Shown: one piece after another, positions 53,520-62,800 of the stretch
Position numbering within the stretch: the stretch's first letter is position 1
Layout: every line of letters starts with the position of its first letter
From: Nemertoderma westbladi
Lineage: Eukaryota; Animalia; Xenacoelomorpha
DNA: 64,000 nucleotides
Direction of reading: 5' to 3'
NCBI GenBank assembly: GCA_032718475.1
Contig: JAUCBJ010007195.1
Location: 1 to 64,000, forward strand
Notes under the pieces: model-generated
Database searches by the model: none
Told to the model about the DNA's origin: nothing
What the model saw: only the letters and a program-made list of their open reading frames with translations
Position numbers and translations under genes: made by a program

Positions 53520-56030
53520 TTATTGCAAGGTAGAGGAGGAGTCGGTTTCCTCGCTGGGTGTTAGACTAAAGGGGAGTTGGTAATGGGAGTTAGCAACGAG
53601 ACTGGAGACATGGATGGGGCCGTACGGGGACTTCTGGGACAGACTCACTTGTTGTTTGGCGGCGCACTGAAGCAGGAAGTTGAACGTAAGGGCGGCCGAC
53701 ATGCGGGAGTTCCTAGAAGGTTGACAGAACTCGGAGAACAGCGTCGGAACGGCGGAGCGCAACGAGGAACGGATGTTGGAATCGGCGAGAACTTTAGCGT
53801 GGCGGTAGAACTTCGGGTCGAAGGAACTGGAGGTGGAGAAACGCGACCGACTCGATAACATAGACGACTGCTGGACGGAGGAGTCGGACTCGCGTTGCTC
53901 AGCAACCAGACTAGGTCTACCCATCTCTATATCGGGGACCTGGGGGACCGAGGTATCTGTAACCATGGCAACCTCTGATATATCCCGGAAGTATTCCGTC
54001 CCCGGAACAATGCCGGAAGTGCCGGTCACCGAATCCTGGAGGGACTCCCGGAGCTGGCCCAACATCCCCTCCACCGCCGGGCCCAAAGTGTCCGACTTCT
54101 CGGACAACCCGGACACCCGTCTGTCCGACTCGGCGAGCGAGGCGTCCGGGACGATGTGGCCGCTGCGCTGCGGCTCGACGGACGTCTCTAGCGAGCGGAA
54201 GGGCTCCGGGAGCGACAGATCCGCGGTGCGGTTCCGTTCGGTAGGGGGTGCTGGACCCAGCGGCAGGGTCGCTGTCCCTGGGACGCCCGGTCGACGGCCC
54301 CACAGCCGTCCGTGCAGCTCCCCGGAGAGCCCCGGCAGTCGGCGACTTGGGCCCCCCATATCGATCCTCCCGGACTCTCGGAGTCCCACGGCCGTGTCGT
54401 CCACGAATATGTCGCTGGGATGCCAACATATTCCCTCAGAGTGGCCGATGTTAAACTTAAGCGTGGCGACAGGCAGGGAAATGACGTTGTCTACGCGGAG
54501 CTTCCGCTTACGGGGCCTAGGCGGGCCGACCGCTGGGGCGGCCTGGGGAGCTAACCCGTCGGTTTGGGGAGCTAACCCGTCGGGTTGGGGAGCTAACCCG
54601 TCGGGTTGGGGAGCTAACCCGTCGGGTTGGGGAGCTAACCCGTCGGGTTGGGGAGCTAACCCGTCGTGTTGGGGACCTAACCCATCACCTTGGGGACCTA
54701 ACCCATCGGGTTGGGGAGCTAACCCGTCGGGTTGAGGGGCTAACCCGTCGGGTTGAGGAGCTAACCCATGGGGACCCATCTCCCCTTGCCCAGGCACATC
54801 GGTATCCATAACGACGGGTACGGACTGCTCAACCCCTCCTTCCAGTACAACCGGCCCCTCCCCGGAGACCGCTGTGAGTCTTGCAGACTCGTTGGCGCCG
54901 CGAGAAAGACCCAACGAGCCAGCCAACCCGCGGGGCCCCTCTACGGCGACGTCGGACTCCGAAGTGGCTCCCGGCGTCGCCAACCGCTTGCGTTTACCGT
55001 CGCCGGGGGGGCCGGAGTCTGGGGGGATGGGCCGCTTCCGTCTGCCGGGTTCCCTGGTGGGTGGTCCCTCGGGAACCACTCCTGGGGGGCCCTCGTCGGG
55101 AACCGGTGCCCCCTCCGTACGGCGGCCCCCTTCCCCCTCCCTACGGCCCCCTTCCCCCTCCATACGGCCCCCTTCCCCCTCCCTACGGCCCCCTTCCCCC
55201 TCCTTACGGCCCCCTTCCCCCTCCTTACTGCCCCCTTCCCCTACCTTACCGCCCCCCTTCCACCCCTCCACCACCGAATCCCTACTAACCATCTCCTCGT
55301 ACCCAAACGATGCCAACTGCTGGAGGAACTGTTCCTCTCGTTCCGCAAACGACAGATGTTCGTCGCCGAAGGTCTCGGGCCCGAACACTGACTCGGGGGC
55401 GAGGGCCGGTGGTTCCAGCAGGGTGATGCTCCGTATATCCTGCACGACAGTGCGGTCCGCGGCGTCCGGGCGGGGTATCAGCGCGGGTCCGAGGTCCGGA
55501 AACCCATCCCCGGAGCCCCGGAGCTGCCGACTCACCTCCCGCAGGAACGGGTCGTTATCCGCGTCGAACAGCATCCCGAAGGCCGCCTCCAACTCGATGT
55601 GGTCGTCCGGTATGTTTATACAATGGCCGCCACCCAACGCATCCGCGTTCAGGTTGACCAGCTGTTGGTCCCGTCTGGCCGATGTTATCGAGACCATGCG
55701 ATAAACTCCCTTGCGAGCCTTCAAAGCGTCTTCGTGAAGACGAATCATCTGGTATTCGTAAACCCGAACGATCCCGCCGTATAGAATAGCAGCTAATCGC
55801 AACGACATTTTCCCCTTCGGGCTTAAATTCCCTCTGCTTAACTCCACGTGAATACCCTGGAGGTATTTCAGAACTTCCACGCAGGAAGTAGAAATGGAAC
55901 TTTTCAAGAAATTACGAAATATATTCGGTTGTTTGTTCTGAGCCTCTTTGTATGTCAACCGGTGGATTCCGGCGTACCAAAATATACCCAGGGGGGTGTG
56001 CAACGAACATATCTTATTCTCCCAAAACAT
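53520..56030 (-). CDS. REC8: Intronless alpha-kleisin cohesin subunit, REC8/RAD21 family (REC8-like), 836 aa
   Basis: N-terminal MFW.......PLGIFW.A...C.E.L.Y...SLRLAAILYGGIVRVY..Q...L.ED (Rad21_Rec8_N); central RKRKLRVD (Scc3/STAG-binding region); C-terminal FSEFC...SRMSAALTFNFLL......V.LSQKSPYGPI winged helix. ATG at 56030. REC8 rather than RAD21 is suggested by divergence, G.V.VY..Q and PYG; orthology untested. Confidence 0.88.
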   Translation of the reverse strand: MFWENKICSLHTPLGIFWYAGIHRLTYKEAQNKQPNIFRNFLKSSISTSCVEVLKYLQGIHVELSRGNLSPKGKMSLRLAAILYGGIVRVYEYQMIRLHEDALKARKGVYRMVSITSARRDQQLVNLNADALGGGHCINIPDDHIELEAAFGMLFDADNDPFLREVSRQLRGSGDGFPDLGPALIPRPDAADRTVVQDIRSITLLEPPALAPESVFGPETFGDEHLSFAEREEQFLQQLASFGYEEMVSRDSVVEGWKGGGKVGEGGSKEGEGGRKEGEGGRREGEGGRMEGEGGRREGEGGRRTEGAPVPDEGPPGVVPEGPPTREPGRRKRPIPPDSGPPGDGKRKRLATPGATSESDVAVEGPRGLAGSLGLSRGANESARLTAVSGEGPVVLEGGVEQSVPVVMDTDVPGQGEMGPHGLAPQPDGLAPQPDGLAPQPDGLGPQGDGLGPQHDGLAPQPDGLAPQPDGLAPQPDGLAPQPDGLAPQTDGLAPQAAPAVGPPRPRKRKLRVDNVISLPVATLKFNIGHSEGICWHPSDIFVDDTAVGLRESGRIDMGGPSRRLPGLSGELHGRLWGRRPGVPGTATLPLGPAPPTERNRTADLSLPEPFRSLETSVEPQRSGHIVPDASLAESDRRVSGLSEKSDTLGPAVEGMLGQLRESLQDSVTGTSGIVPGTEYFRDISEVAMVTDTSVPQVPDIEMGRPSLVAEQRESDSSVQQSSMLSSRSRFSTSSSFDPKFYRHAKVLADSNIRSSLRSAVPTLFSEFCQPSRNSRMSAALTFNFLLQCAAKQQVSLSQKSPYGPIHVSSLVANSHYQLPFSLTPSEETDSSSTLQ
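54543..54767 (-). repeat. Coding 21-bp minisatellite (GLAPQPD x ~11) in the kleisin linker
   Basis: GGGAGCTAACCCGTCGGGTTG tandem on the plus strand. Confidence 0.95.
55119..55244 (-). repeat. Coding 21-bp minisatellite (EGEGGRx x 5-6) in the kleisin linker
   Basis: TACGGCCCCCTTCCCCCTCC(C/A) tandem on the plus strand. Confidence 0.95.
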
Positions 56031-56316
56031 TACGTAACTGATCGTATGGCAGTATGGTGAACACAACGCAAAAGTTTTAACACAAAAATATTAAAGATTA
56101 AACAACAAAAACAAATAAACACAAACCAAATAACGTTAACTAAAAAAACTCTAAAGAAAATAACCTATTTAATTCAAAATTTAACTAGGCCTACCGTAAA
56201 CCCTTTGATCCAACTCTTAAAATAAAACAGGAGGAAATCCCGATATCGTGTCTGGCCGGGCAAATTGATGGATGCAAGAAAGTTTCAGTTATGAGTTAAA
56301 TACATAGGCCAAAGAT

Positions 56317-56342
56317 TACCGGTAGGCCTAGGCCTACCGGTA
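56317..56342. other. Perfect 26-bp palindrome upstream of the kleisin start
   Basis: TACCGGTAGGCCTAGGCCTACCGGTA equals its reverse complement. Confidence 0.9.
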
Positions 56343-58048
56343 TGCTTGTCCAGATGTCGTTAATAAAGTGAAAGGTTACATGGATGATAAACGCTTGGAT
56401 AGAAACAAAACAATAAACAAAAGTCAATAGGTATAGGCCTACTTACATCATGAAGAATCAGGATAAATCTATCGGTGCCGGTAGCGTCATACTGGCAAAT
56501 TTAAACAACGAAACGAACGTCTGATAGTTGGAAACTGATAGTAAATTGATAGGTGAATTGTTACCGGTAGCGGTAGGGCAAGAGGAGCCAGTCGCCATGC
56601 GGTACGGGAACGGTAGGCTAGAGTGGATTCGGTAGAATGCCGCATGAGGGGAAATGTGACGACAGATGTTCATGACATAACATAGTAGAAAGATTAAAGT
56701 AAAGGGTATTATAGAAAGTAACGTTGAACGATAAATTTAATTCCTTCTTGAGTAAACTCTACAGCGTCAGGCGGTAGTCCGCCGAATATGAAGCTATTAA
56801 GTACGTACTGCCGGTGCCGGTGCGGGGTCTTAAATTATTGCCCATCAAGTAGACATCCCTCATCCTTTCCGCTTCATCATATTGTGCGACTCTAATCTCT
56901 CTTCACAAAGTTAAATTAGATGTGGTGGAAATAAACTGACCCGCCCTAACCGTAAACTTTATTCTCATCGACAATCAGTGCGTGCGGCTGTCTCTGCTCA
57001 GTCGGAGGGTTGTCTAGTTGGTCATGTAGAAAACTTATGAGTCTAGGTTTCTGAGATCAGCTGACAGCTGATCTCATCGTTTACGAAATTTTACCACATT
57101 GCCTGCATTACCATTAAGTAAATTATAAGTTTTATACTGTTTTATACTAGGATGCTAGGCGTTGCACGCGGTAGCATCTTATGGCCAAAACCTAGCTCTA
57201 CCCTACAGACCCGAAGGATGACTCACTTGATGGCCTTAGCTATCGTAGAAAAGATCTACCTGTGATTGATCGCGGCCAACTGGTTGTTGAGAGGAAAGAG
57301 GGAGGTTAACCCATGAGATTCCTGAAACCTCCAGTCCAGTACAAGAAGATAATGCAATGGCTGGTCGCACCAAGGACAACGAGTATAGTAAATGTTTTGG
57401 GTGATTTTGGTAGAAAATTTTATTGTGATCAATAATCCAAATGATAACCGACTTGAATAATTGAGGATTTTGTATAAATTGAAATTAAAAAATTGACACC
57501 AGCAACTGTTAAGGCAATTCTTCCGATTGCTTCCATATATTATTATACTGTAGTAATTAATTTTCTGTTGAAAATGATTACAATTAAACTTACATAACCG
57601 GAATCCCCATCTTTATGGCACACTTTTATGACCATTTCATTTCAGTGACACCTCACATATATTTGCTGGAGACGATTGTTTGAAATGTAGTTATTGAATG
57701 TTTTGGTTGGAAGTATAATTTAATACACACATTGCAATTGTGGAAAGTGTTCGCGGTATTTCAACTTTCCATAACGCGAGTTGAATATTTTTGTATTTTA
57801 TTAAAATTGATTATTCCGATATTACTACTGGGTGCGGGACCATGGGTTTTGGGCACATTCAATAAACTGGGGGCGATTTATGGGCGAACTTTGGGGCAAC
57901 TTACAGGGTACGGGAATAATTTCATAGTTATAAGGGCCAGGGGGGATGGAAAATGCAAGCAGTATTCAGGTTAGCCTGAGTACTATTAGGCCCTGGCCAA
58001 CTTCCTGCTGCCTGTAGGGGTGGATTTGGTAATGTGCCAGGCCTAAAG

Positions 58049-58950
58049 GACAAGGACTGCCCTTAGCGGTCCCTGGCCAACGGCAGCTACTACGAGCCTG
58101 AAAAGGACTCGGAACGCTGACTGCTTGTGTCAGGGATTTGCGACGGGCACCGACGGCCCCTTAGTAGCCAAGCCGTTCTGGGTCTCGATGATCGAACCCC
58201 GGGGTTCGTGAGGGGTGGAGTGGACACGCGAACAGGTGGCCAACTTAAGACTGCCCCCTGACCTAAGCCGTACTGGTTCTCGATGACCGATCCCTTCGGG
58301 GTTCGTGAGGGGTGGGACGGACATGCGAAAGGGCTGGCCACAGGACTGGTTTGACAAGGACTGCCCTTAGCGGTCTCGGGTCAACTGCGGCTACTACGAG
58401 CCTGAAAAGGACTCGGAACGCTGACTGCTTGACTGTGATTTGCGACGGGAACCGACGACAGACCCCTTAGCCAAGCCGTTCTGGTTCTCGATGATCGTTC
58501 CCTTCGGGGTTCGTGAGGGGTGGAACGGACACGCGATGGGGTCGAAAGACAAAGGACTAGACCCGACTAGACTCTACTGGCCTACCGACTGTTCGGAGCA
58601 GTTTCTCGGCTGCCGAAGCAACTACGAGCCTGAAAAGGACTCGGAAAGCCTAGGTGGTTGGGTTTCTGTGATGAACTGACGGACCCCTAGCCAAGCCGTT
58701 CTGGTTCTCGATGACCGATCCCTTCCGGGTTCGTGAGGGGTGGAACGGACACGCGAACGGGTCCACCGACACGACAGACTCCTAGCCAAGCCGTACTGGT
58801 TCTCGATGACCGAACCCTTCGGGGTTCGAGAGGGGTGGTACGGATACGCGACAGAGTCTACCGACTGGACCGACCCTTAGCCAAGCCGTGCTGGTTCTCG
58901 ATGATCGTTCCCTTCGGGGCTCGTGAGGGGTGGAACGGACACGCGACAGG
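58049..58950 (+). repeat. Modular structured-RNA repeat array: six K-turn-like/UUCG hairpins, three GAAA-loop hairpins, two GACTGC-CCTTA-GCGGTC hairpins
   Basis: Long hairpins at 58173-58223, 58268-58320, 58476-58528, 58696-58748, 58791-58843, 58886-58938; GAAA hairpins at 58091, 58395, 58623. Confidence 0.85.
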
Positions 58951-59331
58951 GTCGACCGACACCGACACTACGGCACTAAGACTGGGACTGAGGGAAAATC
59001 TGGGGAACATTAGGTAGGCTAAAATTCTGAGCGAACAGCGGGTTATTAAATAATATACCGTAGGGATTTATATTATCGTGTATACTTATTGTGAATATTT
59101 GGTGTATATTGATTTGGGGAAGCCCAAAATTATTCTTAATCAGGTTTGCAACTATAGGAAGTTACATTAAAGAGTATATCCAACTAATGCAGCTTTTCTC
59201 AACCGCAAACTTGCATCTTAGAAATATTCCCTCCCCACAATCAATATCCGGTGACTGGCCGGGGCTCGGTGGTCTGTTAAGTCACGTCTCCAGCATCGGC
59301 GTTTTTCCCCTTGGTGTAGGAATAACGGCAA

Positions 59332-59429
59332 CAAAATTAAGAATAATTATATGGTTAATTTTGACCGGGTGTCAAAATTAAGAATAATTAACGTGGTTAA
59401 TTTTGACAGGGTGTCAAAATTAAGAATAA
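59332..59429. repeat. 42-bp tandem repeat, each unit an 11-12-bp inverted repeat
   Basis: TTAATTTTGAC-CGGGT-GTCAAAATTAA (59355-59381) and TTAATTTTGACA-GGG-TGTCAAAATTAA (59397-59423). Confidence 0.9.
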
Positions 59430-59628
59430 TTATCGCGGTCAACTTCAACTGGTGGAAGTTGAGAATCCTTCAATACTCTTCAAAAACTCTCTACGTGCTT
59501 GCCAGCACCCACTACGAGGAAACTCTGGTATTTGAGTTGAGACAAAGTCGTGGTTTAATTAAACAACAAACTCGATCTAACCAACTCGTAGTCGGCAGAT
59601 CACAATTCGGGAGAGTTGTTAACAGGGA

Positions 59629-59820
59629 ATGGAAGTATCGATCACACCCATTGATATAATTCAAGTTGAGCCAGGAATCTGGCACGTCGAAGTTGAGGTA
59701 CAAGGAACGAACGTTGGACGATTCAGGATTACTGTTCGGGTGGTCCAAGCTGAGTACAATACCTACGAGGAACTGTTTTACGACATCGCGTATCTCGCCA
59801 TCGAGGAGGCCTTACAATGA
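59629..59820 (+). CDS. Putative 63-aa upstream ORF overlapping the gag start (ATGA)
   Basis: Start context GGAATGG; stop TGA at 59818-59820 overlaps gag ATG at 59817; non-repetitive sequence with strand-like then helix-like patterning. Confidence 0.4.
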   Translation: MEVSITPIDIIQVEPGIWHVEVEVQGTNVGRFRITVRVVQAEYNTYEELFYDIAYLAIEEALQ

Positions 59821-62800
59821 CCACAAATAACATATCCGATACCGACGAGATGGATCACCACACAGACTCGGAAGCCGACGAGGTCCCAAACGTCAAGAAC
59901 ATGACCCGTCGGTTAGGGGCTCTTAAAGGCGGAGTAACCCGAGCGTATCAACGGATGGAGAAACAACTCAAGGGAGTCAAAACCCCCCTCAATGAGGTAC
60001 AAACTCAGCTTCAAAGTATCCGAAATATCCTACAGCGGTACGAAAGAATGATACAGGCGTACCAAGAGCTCGTTCCTCCCACCGATCAGGAAAACTACCC
60101 CAAGCTGGAAGAACACGTTGTACATCTAGATGGGTTCCGCAAACAACACCGGAGGACCCTCAGCCTGGTGAGAGGCTATGAGGAACAGTATTACAAGAGG
60201 GCTGAAAGAACAGACGCGGAATCAGTACGATCCTCCAGCATCAGGACAGGAGTACATCACAAGAGAATGGGGTCCACCAGAAATCAGCACTCCAGCGCTA
60301 GGAGCGAGATATCCGGCTCAGCGCGCAGCTCTCAAGGGGCGCCGCCACTCCGAGACCAACTGAGAGAACGGAAGGCATTAGCCCTCAAAGCTCGGATGGA
60401 AGATGAGTATATTCAACTGCAAGCCGAGCAAGATGTACTAGCCGCCGAAACACAAAGGCGAGAGGCCGAACAAGCGGCCGAACGACAGGCCGAACAACGC
60501 GAACAGGAGGCCGAACAACATAGACGAGAGGCCGAACGACAGGCCGAACAACGCAAACAGGAGGCCGAACAACGCAAACAGGAGGCCGAACAACATAGAC
60601 GAGAGGCCGAACGGCAGGCCGAACAACATAGAAGAGAGGACGAACGACAGGCCGAACAACGCAAACAGGAGGCCGAACAACGCGGACGAGAGGCAGAACG
60701 AGAGATCGAACAACGTAAATGGGAAGCGGAAATGCGTAAACAACACGCCGAGGCCCAAGCAATTCTCATCCACAAAAAGAATGCGGATATTGCAAAACTC
60801 GCAGAATACGAAGCCGCACTTATCGAACGAGATATTCAACTCTACGAGGACTGGGAAAGGGATATAGATCAGGAATATGAACCAATTCCGGTACCGGAGT
60901 TAGAAAAGTCATTTACACCAACAGCGGCGAAACCTCCGAAACCCGAGATTCCGCCTACCAAACAGTCTACGCTATCGGCACAAGCCCCGGTGTTCCATCC
61001 CCCACCGGCTACGCTAAAGAATGAGGAACCCTATTTCCCATCCAACACCACGACAGCGAGTGTACCCAAGTACGAGCCTGAAAAGGACTCGGAACGGGAC
61101 GCCACTCCCCGATCAAACAACCCATTTACATCAACACCACAAACTCGCAGCCGCGTCATTATTAAAACTCCACCTACTATTGATCCATCAAGTATGGGAG
61201 TGAGTGCCAATAACTATAACCCTCCGAGTCACTCTAGTTCAGACAACGTCAGCATCATCCGGGCGTTGGAGAACCGCCTTGCCATGCCAAAGATGGAGAT
61301 TCGCACCTTCGAAGGAGATCCCGTCGATTACCTCAGATTCAAGAAACGGTTCTTTGCGCAGATCGGATCAACGGACATAGCCGACGCACAGAAATTGGTA
61401 TATTTATCGCAATACCTGGGTGACAAGCCACGCAGAATTGTTGCATGTTTTGAGGGAGGTTCTCATGAGGCATACTATGACGCATGGAAAACTCTAGATA
61501 AAAGATACGGAAATACCGGAACTATAATTAATAAAACTCTAGAGAAACTGATACAAGACGCGGGATCACTAGGGGACCCACAGAACCTCCAGGAATTCTC
61601 AGATTCCATGAAGGATGCCTACTACACTCTGAAACCCTTAAATAAGGAGGACCAGGTGAACAACATTCTAAACCTCCGACAGATCGCCCGGAAGTTCCCC
61701 GGATGGCTGCAAAGTAAGTGGGCCTATAAATGCGTAGATCTCCGGCGCAGACATCCAGATCAAGATCCCAGCTTCCTCGAAATGTCGGCATTCCTGGACG
61801 ATATCTCCGAAGCCATGAATGACTCGATGTTCTCGAAACAAAGTCTCGCCAAGTTGGACGCAATGGAGAGCAATTACCAGAGCAGGGCACCCACTCCAAA
61901 CCCAAGATTCCGCCCTACTCCTGTGAGTGCGATGGCCATCAGTATGGCTGAGGACTCGGATGACGAGGATTACGAGGAACCGACCTCAGCAGAAGAATGG
62001 GCATGCTACCTAGCGAATTGGGCACCCGAAAGGGAAGGCACCACAGCCTCCCCTATATGTCTCTTCTGTGGGGAGAAACACAAAGTGGAATTCTGCAGAA
62101 AGTTTCAGTTCGCCGAACTCGTCCCACGCTTCGAGGCGATAATGAAACACCGAGGATGCTTCCGGTGTCTTGGAACAGGTCACTATGTTCGGGAGTGCGA
62201 CCAAAGATCATGCTGTACTGTCTGTAACGACCAACGCCATCACACGCTCCTCCATATCCCCGCGAACTTCGATTTTACTACCCTCCCCTTTCGGATCGAA
62301 GCCAGGCGAAGAGGAGAAACAAACCACATCTTCAAAGGAACCCGGACAACCCAACGGAGAGAAACCAACCCGTTTAAGATCTCCACCAATACACCACAAG
62401 TAACCAATATTTCGGCCACGATTAATCTTATAAATCGCCGCTACATGGTTTTCGCAAAGGTAATCCCAGTGAGGATCCAAGGAGTCGGCAAATCTTTGAC
62501 GACACTCGCGTTCCTCGATAACGGGTCTGACGGAACCATCATCGACCGGGATTTCCTCGAGCAACTCGGCCTAGAATATGAACCTTGTAAACGGCCCATA
62601 CAAACCATCACCGATAACAGAGAGGTAGAGTCTGGGGAGGTGCAACTCCAGATGGAAGGAGTGATGAAGGGCTACGAAACGGCTAAGTTAACCATAAAGA
62701 ACGCCTTGGTACACACAGACCTCCGGGTGCGGTTCCGACAATCAGCCGAGTACGCCCCCCTCATACAATTGGACCGGGACGATGTAGACCTGAGGTGTCC

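Noticed and set aside
53577-55784. Long plus-strand ORFs opposite the kleisin
   Set aside because: Antisense shadows of a GC-rich coding sequence.
56900-58050. 5' LTR and primer-binding site of the right-hand BEL element
   Set aside because: Candidate TG...CA and TGG starts exist but no second LTR or convincing tRNA complement is visible.
58173-58938. Hammerhead ribozyme, SECIS or box C/D snoRNA reading of the hairpins
   Set aside because: No CUGANGA...GAAA core; upper helix is short with a UUCG loop rather than the SECIS AAR loop; no CUGA box D or guide region. Only the shared K-turn core is supported.
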